The notes beneath the pieces are model-generated. The model had not been told where the DNA came from. It made no database searches and worked only from the letters and a program-made list of their open reading frames with translations. A stretch of 64,000 nt of DNA from positions 112,254 through 176,253 of the forward strand of contig CAZFIM010000001.1 in the NCBI GenBank assembly GCA_964519615.1, read 5' to 3'. Source of the DNA: an uncultured Dehalococcoidales bacterium (lineage in GTDB: Bacteria; Chloroflexota; Dehalococcoidia; GIF9; UBA5629). A program made the position numbers and the translations under genes. Positions 10,534-19,389 of this stretch are shown in pieces; position 1 is the first letter of the stretch; each line of letters opens with the position of its first letter.

Positions 10534-10614
10534 TTTTGATAATCATTATCGCTGAATTATAATGAATTGTATGAACGTATAGTCCCTCGCAAGATAGTAA
10601 GGAGGATTGAAAAA

Positions 10615-12936
10615 ATGGCGGTACAGGTAAATAAAGAGAAAAAGGCTAAAAAACATACGCGCAAAGATGAAGTGAACGAGATCATCAAGGCGGAGGACGC
10701 ATGGGAACCGGTAGGTCATACGCCGATGCCGGAGATTCCCGATCTCAGGAATTGGGATATGCGCTTGATGAAGCAGTATAAACCGTTTTATGCACCTATG
10801 TGCGATATGTGCTGTTTCTGCACTTACGGGAAATGTGATTTAACAGGGGATAAAAAGGGCGCCTGCGGTATAAATATTTCCGCGCAGCAGGCACGAGTCG
10901 TCCTGCTTGCCTGTTGCATGGGCATGTCTGCTCACGGTGGTCACGGGCGCCATGTGCTTCATTATCTCATAGAAAAACACGGCCGTGATTATCCGATCAA
11001 TATGGGCGATCAGGTTGCTATCGAGGCGCCGCATATCAGAACGGTGATGGGGCTCAAACCGAAGACACTTGGTGATCTGGAGAAGGCTATAGAATATGTA
11101 GAAAGCCAGCTTATTCATCTTATATCCTCACTTCACACCGGACAGGAAGGCTCTGCACTGGACTATGAATCCAAGGCGCTGCATGCCTCGATGCTCGATC
11201 ATGTAGCAATGGAAGTGTGTGATATTGCCGAGATAACCGGCTTTGGCTATCCTACTTCGGTTGCGGAGACACCTCTGGTTGACATGGGCTGGGGCTCTGT
11301 AGATAAGACCAAGCCTCTCATTCTTCTGGTCGGCCATAACCCGGTTACAGCCATTCCTATAGTCGATTATCTTAACGAGCACGGCCTGATGGATAAGGTG
11401 GAGATCGGAGGCATTTGCTGCACGGCTCTGGAGGTGACCAGGTATACCGATAGAGCAAAGATAATAGGTCCTCTTTCCCGTCAGCTTTATTTTGTCAGAA
11501 GCGGCCTTGCGGACGTGATTGTGATCGATGAACAGTGTATTCGTACCGATATCCCCGAGCAGGCCTCTAAAGTCGGCTCGGCTTTGATAGCGACCTGCGA
11601 CAAGGCCTGTCACGGTTTGGAAGACTGTAAGCACAAGGAAGTAGATGAAATAGTAAAGGAGATGGTGGGAGGTAAGCACTCGCTTATTTTCGACCCCGAG
11701 AAAGCGGCCGAAGTAGCAGTGAAGGTTGCGCTGGAGCTTGCACCGAAGAGGAAGAAACAGTTGATCACCCCGGAGCAGGTTCCCGAGCTGGCCAAAGACC
11801 ATAAGCTTTGCAATCTCTGCAGCCAGGTCTGCCCTAATTTGCTGCCCGTCGGCGATGCCGTTGAAGCGGCTAAGAACGGAGACCTTACCTTGCTTGCGGA
11901 GGTTTTCTCTAAATGTCTGGGATGCGGCAAGTGTGAACAGGAATGTCCGCGCAACGTGCCAATCATCAGCATGATGCAGGCGGTCGCAGGCAGCGAGACC
12001 TGGAAGGTACGCTCCGGACGCGGCCCTGTGATGGACAGCGAGATCAGAAAGGTGGGCGCTCCGCTGGTACTGGGTACGATACCGGGAATCATCGCCATTG
12101 TCGGCTGCTCCAATTTCCCGGAAGAGATACAGGAGATTGCTGAAATAGTCGATGAGTTTGCCAAGAGAAAGTATATAGTGGTGCTTACCGGCTGTTCGGC
12201 TATGGCCGCCGGCATGATGAAGGACAAGGACGGAAAGACGGTATATGAAAAGTACCCTCCGCAATTCGATGCCGGAGGAGTAATCAATATCGGTTCTTGT
12301 GTGTCCAATGCCCATATCACCGGTGCCGCGATGAAGGTAGCCAATATTTTCGGCACGCTGCCGCTGCGAGGCAACTACGAGGTTATTGCCGATTATGTGG
12401 TCAACCGTGTGGGGGCCTGCGGTTTAGCATGGGGAGCTATGTCTCAGAAGGCGGCCTCCATTGCTACCGGCTGCAACAGGCTGGGCATACCGGTTGTGCT
12501 TGGCCCGCACTCTGCCAAATACCGCAGACTGTACATGAGCAAGAAGGAAAATGACGATTGGACAGTGATGGACGGCAGAGAGAGGAAGCTTGTCGACACG
12601 CAGGAACCTTCGCCGGAGCACTTGATTACCGTAGTGGAATCGAAAGAACGAGCCATGATCACCATGGCCAAGCTCTGTATCCGCAAGAACGATACTCCCC
12701 AGGGCAGGCAGCTTAAGCTTACTCACTATATCGGCCTGCATAAGAAATTTATGGGGACTTTACCGGAGGATTTACACCTGTATATAAGGAAGCCCTCCGA
12801 TATTCCTATATTCTTCAAGAAGGAGATAATGCCGTATCTGCAAGAGGTGGGTTGGAAGGAGAAACCGGTGCTGTCATTACCGACCTGGATCGGGACTTAT
12901 CCGACCGATGTGCCGCTCGATGCGGTTGTACATTAG
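10615..12936 (+). CDS. cdhA: Archaeal-type CO dehydrogenase catalytic subunit (ACDS alpha, CdhA)
   Basis: About 773 aa from the ATG at 10615, which has a perfect AAGGAGG RBS; the track ORF begins at 10567. Cys-rich motifs CDMCCFCTYGKC, Ni-CODH C-cluster region, and an inserted 2x[4Fe-4S] ferredoxin domain (CxxCxxCxxxCP) typical of CdhA. Confidence 0.85.
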   Translation: MAVQVNKEKKAKKHTRKDEVNEIIKAEDAWEPVGHTPMPEIPDLRNWDMRLMKQYKPFYAPMCDMCCFCTYGKCDLTGDKKGACGINISAQQARVVLLACCMGMSAHGGHGRHVLHYLIEKHGRDYPINMGDQVAIEAPHIRTVMGLKPKTLGDLEKAIEYVESQLIHLISSLHTGQEGSALDYESKALHASMLDHVAMEVCDIAEITGFGYPTSVAETPLVDMGWGSVDKTKPLILLVGHNPVTAIPIVDYLNEHGLMDKVEIGGICCTALEVTRYTDRAKIIGPLSRQLYFVRSGLADVIVIDEQCIRTDIPEQASKVGSALIATCDKACHGLEDCKHKEVDEIVKEMVGGKHSLIFDPEKAAEVAVKVALELAPKRKKQLITPEQVPELAKDHKLCNLCSQVCPNLLPVGDAVEAAKNGDLTLLAEVFSKCLGCGKCEQECPRNVPIISMMQAVAGSETWKVRSGRGPVMDSEIRKVGAPLVLGTIPGIIAIVGCSNFPEEIQEIAEIVDEFAKRKYIVVLTGCSAMAAGMMKDKDGKTVYEKYPPQFDAGGVINIGSCVSNAHITGAAMKVANIFGTLPLRGNYEVIADYVVNRVGACGLAWGAMSQKAASIATGCNRLGIPVVLGPHSAKYRRLYMSKKENDDWTVMDGRERKLVDTQEPSPEHLITVVESKERAMITMAKLCIRKNDTPQGRQLKLTHYIGLHKKFMGTLPEDLHLYIRKPSDIPIFFKKEIMPYLQEVGWKEKPVLSLPTWIGTYPTDVPLDAVVH

Positions 12937-12976
12937 GACTAAGAGCAAGGGAGCGTCTTATTAGAGGAGGGTAACT

Positions 12977-13531
12977 ATGGCAACATCAACGCAGCCATTC
13001 CATCATGTCAATACAATGACGGGCACCAAGTATGCCCGGCTGATCGAGGATCCGGAGGAATATGCGCATTTGATTAAGCGCGCAAAACGGCCGCTGCTGA
13101 TTATTGGTGCACGCTGTCTGACCATGACTCTCGAAGGCAGGAGTTTGCTGGAATACGCAGTGGATATTGCCAAAGCGGGCAGCATACCTATATGTGCTAC
13201 TGCGCATACACAAAAACAGCTCATCGAGATGGGCGTAAAGCCTGACTGCAACTACGATATAATCGAGATATTGAATTTCCTAAAGGATGAAAACTGGCAG
13301 GGAGTGAAGAAAGAGGGGAATCATGACCTGGTGCTGTTTCTGGGGCTGAGGACCGATCTGGGTGAACAGGGGCTTTCCACCCTGAAACATTTCGCTCCGC
13401 ATTTGAAAACCATGACGCTGTGCAAGTACTATTATCCTCACGCCAGCTATTCACTGGCTAACTTCAGGAAGGATGCTAAGTGGAAGGAATTCCTTGACGC
13501 CATTATCGAAGATTTAAAGAAGGAGGCATAA
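12977..13531 (+). CDS. cdhB: ACDS epsilon subunit (CdhB)
   Basis: 184 aa, immediately 3' of cdhA; size and position match archaeal CdhB; GGAGG RBS. Confidence 0.65.
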   Translation: MATSTQPFHHVNTMTGTKYARLIEDPEEYAHLIKRAKRPLLIIGARCLTMTLEGRSLLEYAVDIAKAGSIPICATAHTQKQLIEMGVKPDCNYDIIEILNFLKDENWQGVKKEGNHDLVLFLGLRTDLGEQGLSTLKHFAPHLKTMTLCKYYYPHASYSLANFRKDAKWKEFLDAIIEDLKKEA

Positions 13532-13532
13532 G

Positions 13533-14759
13533 ATGGCAGGTATATTTCCGGTGGATGTCGGACCTCAGTACGAGGGCGAAGTAATCAGAAAAAACGATAT
13601 GCATGTTGAGTTCGGCGGCCCTAAGGTGGATACCAAGTTCGAGCTTGTGACACTCAAGAGCAGCGATGAAGTGGAAAATGAGAAGATAGAAATAATCGGT
13701 CCTGATATCAGCGAAATGGAGGAAGGCAGCAGCCATGCTTTTGCCCTGCTGATCGATGTCGCCGGTGAGAAGCTGGAAAAGGATATGGAGCCGGTCTTCG
13801 AGCGCCGGATGCACCTCTACGGCAACTATATCGAAGGGCTCTATCATATGAACCAGAGAGACGATGTCTGGATTCGTATCAGCAAAGACTCTTTCGCTAA
13901 AGGGCTCAACTCCTTTGAGGTCATCGGCCAGATCCTCATGTTCCTCTATACCTCAGAGCTGGAGGTTATCGAGAAGATTTCCATAACCTTTGTTACCGAT
14001 GAGAGCAAGGTAAAAGAGCTTTTACCTAAAGCAAAGGAAATCTATGCAGCGAGAGACGAGAGAGCCAGGGGCTTGAAAGATGACGATGTAGAGGAGTTTT
14101 ACAGCTGCGCACTCTGTCAGAGCTTCGCTCCCACCCATATTTGCGTTGCCACCCCCGAGCGCATCGCCAACTGCGGCGCCATAAGCTGGTTCGATGGGCG
14201 CGCTGCTTATAAACTGGACCCCGAAGGCCCCGTACAGGAGTGTAAGAAGGGCGAGTGTATTGATCCCGTCAAGGGAGAATACGCCGGAGTAAACAAGCTC
14301 GGCCTTGAAAAATCGATGGGCGCCTACGACCGGGTATTCTTACACAGCGCATTCGAGCACCCGCATACATCCTGCGGTTGTTTTCAGGCTATCTACTTCT
14401 ATATTCCGGAGGTGGATGCTTTCGGCCTGGTGCACCGTGATTTCGCCGGCCCGACAGTGACAGGCACTCCGTTTACCACAATGGCGGCGGATACCAGCGG
14501 AGGCAGACAGGTAGAAGGATTTCTTGGCATTGCGCTTGAATACCTGCGCTCACCCAAGTTTCTGCAGGCCGACGGCGGCTTGAAGCGCTGCGTCTGGATG
14601 CCTAAAGAGCTGAAAGAGCGATACAAGGATGTTATACCGGAAGGTTTTTATGACAAGATAGCGACTGAGGAAGATGTAAGTAATGTCGATGAGCTGCTGG
14701 AGTTTCTCGATAGAGTACAGCATCCCTGGTTGCAGGGAGAGGTAGAGCTTCCCATATAA
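13533..14759 (+). CDS. cdhC: Acetyl-CoA synthase catalytic subunit (ACDS beta, CdhC / short AcsB)
   Basis: 408 aa; nearly collinear with Methanosarcina CdhC (EFGGPK, CALCQSFAPTHICV, HTSCGCF A-cluster Cys motifs, FLQADGG). Confidence 0.9.
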   Translation: MAGIFPVDVGPQYEGEVIRKNDMHVEFGGPKVDTKFELVTLKSSDEVENEKIEIIGPDISEMEEGSSHAFALLIDVAGEKLEKDMEPVFERRMHLYGNYIEGLYHMNQRDDVWIRISKDSFAKGLNSFEVIGQILMFLYTSELEVIEKISITFVTDESKVKELLPKAKEIYAARDERARGLKDDDVEEFYSCALCQSFAPTHICVATPERIANCGAISWFDGRAAYKLDPEGPVQECKKGECIDPVKGEYAGVNKLGLEKSMGAYDRVFLHSAFEHPHTSCGCFQAIYFYIPEVDAFGLVHRDFAGPTVTGTPFTTMAADTSGGRQVEGFLGIALEYLRSPKFLQADGGLKRCVWMPKELKERYKDVIPEGFYDKIATEEDVSNVDELLEFLDRVQHPWLQGEVELPI

Positions 14760-14779
14760 GATAAACCAGGAGGAACAGC

Positions 14780-16147
14780 ATGGCGCTAAAAGGTACTGAT
14801 ATAGTCAAAAAGCTTCCCGAGTCCGGCAAAAAGAACTGCCGCGAGTGCGGGTTCCCTACCTGCTTTGCTTTTGCCATGAAATTGGCCGGCGGCGGAGTAA
14901 AACTGGAGAAATGTCCGCACCTCACCGAGGAAGTGAAGGCGGAGCTTGAAGATGCTCTGGCACCTCCGATCAAGCTGGTAACTTTAGGCACAGGTGATAA
15001 CGTGCTTAAAATCGGCAACGAAGAGGTAATCTACAGACACGAGAAGACCTTTGTGCATTCACCCGGTGTGGCAGTGCTGCTATCGGATACCGAGCCGGAA
15101 GAGAAGGTGGATAAGAAAATCAAGAAACTTCAGGACCTGCGTTATCAGTGGGTAGGAGTGGAGTTGAAAGCTGACCTTCTTGCTCTGAACTGCCAGTCAG
15201 GCGATAAGGCAAAATTCGCAGCACTGGCAAATAAAGTTCACGCAAGCAACGGTTTTGCGGTGATCCTTATCAGTGAGGATGTCGAAGCACTGGTTGCAGC
15301 CGGTAAAATCTATGCTGACCGCAGGCCGCTGCTGTACCCCGTAACGGAACAAAATATCGAACGAATAATTACTGAATTCAAAGATTCCCCTCTGCCTGTA
15401 TGCGTACGCAGCGACAATGTAGAGGGGATAGTCCCTCTCACAACCAAATTGAAGGAAGCGGGATTTGAGGAAATAGTGCTTGATCCCGGCTCCCGCAAAT
15501 TGCAGGATGCGGTACGGGACCAGATGCTGATACGCCGGGCATCGTTAAAGCAGAATTTCAGGCCGCTGGGCTATCCTACGATCGGTTTTCCCTGTTTTAT
15601 GGCCGAGGATTCCATGCACGAACTGCTCTATGCGGCTATGTTCATGATTAAGTATCCGGGTGTTATCGTGCTCTCCGATATCGCTGAAAATACGCTGCTG
15701 CCGCTGCTGGTACAGCGGTTGAATATTTATACTGACCCGCGTATACCGATGTCAGTAGAGGAGAAGCTGTACGACATCAACAATCCTGATGCAGATTCGC
15801 CGGTTCTGGTTACCAGCAACTGGGCGCTTACCTATTTCATTGTTGCCTCAGAGATAGAAGGCAGTAAAGTGCCCACATGGCTGGTTGTAAAAGAATCGGA
15901 AGGGCTGGGTGTTCTGACCGGATGGGCAGCCGGAAAGTTTACGGCTGATTCCATTGCCCCGCTGGTAAAAAAACTGGGAGTTGAGAATAAAGTTAATCAC
16001 AGGAAACTGGTTATCCCGGGAAAGGTTGCCAGGATTAAAGGCGAGCTTGAAGAAGAGCTGCCCGGATGGGAGATTATCGTAGGTCCGCGGGAAGCGGCGG
16101 AAATTCCCGGCTACCTGCCCGATCTGGTAAAACAGTGGAAGAATTAG
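14780..16147 (+). CDS. acsC: Corrinoid iron-sulfur protein large subunit (AcsC / CdhE gamma)
   Basis: 455 aa; N-terminal [4Fe-4S] motif CRECGFPTCFAFAMK, TIM barrel, C-terminal B12-binding domain. Confidence 0.85.
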   Translation: MALKGTDIVKKLPESGKKNCRECGFPTCFAFAMKLAGGGVKLEKCPHLTEEVKAELEDALAPPIKLVTLGTGDNVLKIGNEEVIYRHEKTFVHSPGVAVLLSDTEPEEKVDKKIKKLQDLRYQWVGVELKADLLALNCQSGDKAKFAALANKVHASNGFAVILISEDVEALVAAGKIYADRRPLLYPVTEQNIERIITEFKDSPLPVCVRSDNVEGIVPLTTKLKEAGFEEIVLDPGSRKLQDAVRDQMLIRRASLKQNFRPLGYPTIGFPCFMAEDSMHELLYAAMFMIKYPGVIVLSDIAENTLLPLLVQRLNIYTDPRIPMSVEEKLYDINNPDADSPVLVTSNWALTYFIVASEIEGSKVPTWLVVKESEGLGVLTGWAAGKFTADSIAPLVKKLGVENKVNHRKLVIPGKVARIKGELEEELPGWEIIVGPREAAEIPGYLPDLVKQWKN

Positions 16148-16638
16148 CGCAGACATTCGAAGACATTTTTGTACCCGAAAGGAAAGACCGCCGCCGGCTG
16201 GTAAGTATTCTGCAAGAAGTCCAGCGCAAGTACGGTTATATATCTAAAGAAGCGATGCTGCAGACAGCAGCTTTTCTGGGGATTACCCCCGGTGCTGTTT
16301 ACGGCGTCGCTACTTTTTATAACCAGTTCCGCTTTATTCCTCCCGGTAAAAACGCAGTCAAGGTATGCATGGGGACCGCATGTCATCTGGCGGGAGGTAA
16401 ACTTGTCCTTGAAGCGATATCGCGCGAGCTGGACCTGGATGTCGGAGCTGTGAGCGAGGATAGAGAGTTCAGCCTTGAAAGAGTAGCCTGTATCGGCTGC
16501 TGTGCGCTTGCGCCCGTCATTCAAATAAACGAGACGGTCTATTCCCGTATGACATCACCGAAAGTAGAAGAGGTTCTGGTATCCGTCAAACCGGCTGTTG
16601 ACGAGAGGGACAGCGCCAAGGACAAGGGGGAAGGGTGA
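16135..16638 (+). CDS. NuoE/HoxE-like thioredoxin-fold [2Fe-2S] flavoprotein-complex subunit
   Basis: CMGTACHLAGG...CIGCCALAPV cluster motif. The track ORF starts at 16066 and would overlap acsC by 82 nt; the in-frame GTG at 16135 gives a NuoE-like N-terminus (VEELAQTFEDIF...) and a 13-nt overlap. Confidence 0.7.
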   Translation: MEELAQTFEDIFVPERKDRRRLVSILQEVQRKYGYISKEAMLQTAAFLGITPGAVYGVATFYNQFRFIPPGKNAVKVCMGTACHLAGGKLVLEAISRELDLDVGAVSEDREFSLERVACIGCCALAPVIQINETVYSRMTSPKVEEVLVSVKPAVDERDSAKDKGEG

Positions 16639-16645
16639 AAAGAGC

Positions 16646-18568
16646 ATGACGATAGCATCGATGCAGCAAAAGGCTAGGGCTGAGTGGGACAAGCTATACC
16701 GCGGGGATATCCCGCATATTCTTATCGGTACTGCCACATGCGGCAGGGCAGCGGGCGCTCTTGCCGTTGTCGATGCTTTTAATAAAGAGCTTGCCCGCAG
16801 GCAGGCAAAGGCCCATGTTTCAGAGGTCGGGTGTATCGGCTTATGCTCGCTCGAGCCGCTGGTGACTATCATTAAACCTGATTCGTTTACCGTCTGTTAT
16901 CACAATATTAGCCCGTCCGATGTGCCTGCTCTGGTCGAGGGATATATAGAGGGAGATGATCCCTGTTTAGACCTGGCTGTCGGTACGGTGGAGGGAGGTG
17001 GAGGAGAGGCGGTTTATATTCCAGAACTGGAGCGGTTCGAGCATGAACACAGGGTGCTATTACGTAACTGCGGCTACAACAATCCCCGTGAGATCGACCA
17101 CTATCTTGCCTGCGGCGGATATAACGGGCTGGCCCGCGCATTATCTATGAGCCGGGAGGATATCCTGAATGAGATAGAGAGGTCCGGATTGCGGGGCCGC
17201 GGCGGTGCCGGATTTCCCACCGGAACAAAGTGGAGAATTTGCCGCCAGACCGGCGGCACAGCCAGGTATGTGATTTGTAATGCGGACGAGGGCGACCCCG
17301 GCGCATTTATGGACAGGGTGGTGCTTGAGAGCGATCCGCAGCAACTGCTGGAGGGCATGGTGATAGCCGGGTACGCCGTGGATGCCCGCCAAGGCTATAT
17401 ATATATACGTTCCGAATACCCACTGGCGGTAGAGATACTGCGCTGTGCGCTCACAAAGGCCCGTGAAAAGAAATTGCTTGGCAAGGATATAATGGGCTCC
17501 GGATTTACCTTTGATATCGAGATAATAGAGGGCGCAGGAGCTTTTGTCTGCGGTGAAGAGACCGCGCTCATAGCATCTCTTGAGGGTAAACGCGGGATGC
17601 CGCAGCCCCGCCCCCCTTTTCCTGCCGTTTCCGGTCTTTGGGGCGAGCCGACAGCCATCGATAATGTAAAGACTTTTGTGTATGTACCGTTAATACTGGA
17701 GCGTGGCGCTGACTGGTTTGCGGGTATCGGCACCGCCGGCAGCAAGGGCACTGCTGTCTTTGCGCTTGCCGGAAGCACGGTCAATACCGGGCTTGCGGAG
17801 GTCGCAATGGGGACCACACTCCATGAGCTTATTTATGATATCGGCGGAGGCATTAAAAAAGAGAGAAAGTTAAAAGGAGTTCAGATAGGCGGTCCATCGG
17901 GCGGATGCCTTCCGCAAAGTATGATGCAGACGCCCGTAGACTTCGATTCATTGAAGAAGGCCGGGGCCATTATGGGTTCAGGCGGCATAATTACCATGGA
18001 CGAAGGGAACTGCATGGTCGACACCGCCAAATTCATGATAGATTTCAATCAGAAGGAATCATGCGGCAAATGTACTCTCTGCCGTATCGGCACAACACAT
18101 ATGCTCAATATACTCGAAAGGATTACTGCCGGTCAGGGAAGGATAGAGGATATAGACCTGCTGGTTGCATTGGGGGAGGATATCAAGCTCGGCTCTTTGT
18201 GCGGGCTGGGCAGAACCGCTCCTAACCCCGTGCTCACCACCATCCGCTATTTCAGAGATGAATACGAGGCGCATATACTTGAAAAGCGCTGTCCCGCATT
18301 GGTATGTAAAGAGCTGATAGCCTACTATATTCTGCCGGAGAAATGCCAGAAGGGCTGCGATCACTGCGTCCTCTCCTGTCCGGTAGAGGCCATCAGTACC
18401 GATAGCAGCGGCATCAAAATAATCGATCAAAGCAAATGCAGCAAATGCGGCAATTGTGAGGCCGTCTGCCCGCCGGAGTATGATGCGGTTATAAGGATGT
18501 CGCCGGTGGAACTGGTGCCTGTAACCGGGCCTACCGTTGACGTAGAAGCAAAGGAAGCTAAGGAGTAG
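16646..18568 (+). CDS. NuoF/HoxF/HydB-like NAD(H)- and FMN-binding Fe-S flavoprotein with C-terminal 2x[4Fe-4S] ferredoxin domain
   Basis: GGAGFPTG FMN/NADH motifs, ESCGKCTLCR [4Fe-4S], C-terminal CDHCVLSCP / CSKCGNCEAVCP, N-terminal thioredoxin-like domain. The ATG at 16646 has a GGGGGAAGGG RBS; the track start 16598 overlaps the preceding gene. Confidence 0.8.
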   Translation: MTIASMQQKARAEWDKLYRGDIPHILIGTATCGRAAGALAVVDAFNKELARRQAKAHVSEVGCIGLCSLEPLVTIIKPDSFTVCYHNISPSDVPALVEGYIEGDDPCLDLAVGTVEGGGGEAVYIPELERFEHEHRVLLRNCGYNNPREIDHYLACGGYNGLARALSMSREDILNEIERSGLRGRGGAGFPTGTKWRICRQTGGTARYVICNADEGDPGAFMDRVVLESDPQQLLEGMVIAGYAVDARQGYIYIRSEYPLAVEILRCALTKAREKKLLGKDIMGSGFTFDIEIIEGAGAFVCGEETALIASLEGKRGMPQPRPPFPAVSGLWGEPTAIDNVKTFVYVPLILERGADWFAGIGTAGSKGTAVFALAGSTVNTGLAEVAMGTTLHELIYDIGGGIKKERKLKGVQIGGPSGGCLPQSMMQTPVDFDSLKKAGAIMGSGGIITMDEGNCMVDTAKFMIDFNQKESCGKCTLCRIGTTHMLNILERITAGQGRIEDIDLLVALGEDIKLGSLCGLGRTAPNPVLTTIRYFRDEYEAHILEKRCPALVCKELIAYYILPEKCQKGCDHCVLSCPVEAISTDSSGIKIIDQSKCSKCGNCEAVCPPEYDAVIRMSPVELVPVTGPTVDVEAKEAKE

Positions 18569-18571
18569 AAA

Positions 18572-19327
18572 ATGACAACGACAATTGTAGTAGCCGGCAA
18601 GGGGGGAGTTGGCAAAACTGCCATATCCGCACTGCTGATAGATATACTCTCTAAAAAAGGCATAGTTCTGGCTATTGATGCAGACCCCAGCACTAACTTA
18701 AGCGATTCCCTCGGCATGGAGATCACCGGTACGGTGGGCAAGGCACGCGAAGAGCTTACCGATGATATACAGAAAGGAGTGCTGTCTCCCACCGTAACCA
18801 AACAGGATATCCTGGAGATGAAAATCAGGGAATCTCTGGTGGAAGGAGCCAGAGTAGACCTTCTGCCCATGGGGCGGCCGGAGGGACCGGGCTGCTACTG
18901 CGCTGCCAACCATATGCTGCGCCTTTCCATGGAACGACTGGCTAAAAACTATGATTATCTGGTAGTGGACTCGGAGGCGGGGATGGAACATATTAGCCGT
19001 CAGACGACTCAGGATGTGGATATATTATTGATAGTATCAGACCCCACTATGAGGGGTATTACCGCCGCCTCAAGGATGAAAGACCTCATCAAAGATATGA
19101 GAACCCGTGTGGGCAAGATTTACCTTGCCGTTAATAGGGTCAGCAACGGTCTTCCTCCTGAGATTAAGCAGGCTATAGAGAAGTACAGCCTCAATCTTAT
19201 CGGTACACTTGCTGAGGACCCCAAATTGACCGAACTGGATGTGAAAGGAAAACCGATCAATGAAATGCCTAAGGGATCACCGCTGCGTGCAGGGGTGGAG
19301 GACCTGGTTAAAAAATTCGGCCTGTGA
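18572..19327 (+). CDS. cooC: CooC/AcsF-type Ni-insertion ATPase (CODH/ACS maturation)
   Basis: 251 aa; deviant Walker A GKGGVGKT, MinD/ParA-like fold; last gene of the operon. Confidence 0.8.
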   Translation: MTTTIVVAGKGGVGKTAISALLIDILSKKGIVLAIDADPSTNLSDSLGMEITGTVGKAREELTDDIQKGVLSPTVTKQDILEMKIRESLVEGARVDLLPMGRPEGPGCYCAANHMLRLSMERLAKNYDYLVVDSEAGMEHISRQTTQDVDILLIVSDPTMRGITAASRMKDLIKDMRTRVGKIYLAVNRVSNGLPPEIKQAIEKYSLNLIGTLAEDPKLTELDVKGKPINEMPKGSPLRAGVEDLVKKFGL

Positions 19328-19389
19328 ACAAAGTGCAGGATAAGGACTTTGCCGTATTTACCGTGCAGGCATAGTATCCGGCATGCGGG

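Noticed and set aside
10567-10614. 16-codon N-terminal extension of cdhA
   Set aside because: The internal ATG at 10615 has the AAGGAGG RBS; the extension likely results from an upstream in-frame ATG in the spacer.
11128-12315. 395-aa minus-strand ORF inside cdhA
   Set aside because: Antisense shadow ORF of the CODH alpha gene; no recognisable domains.
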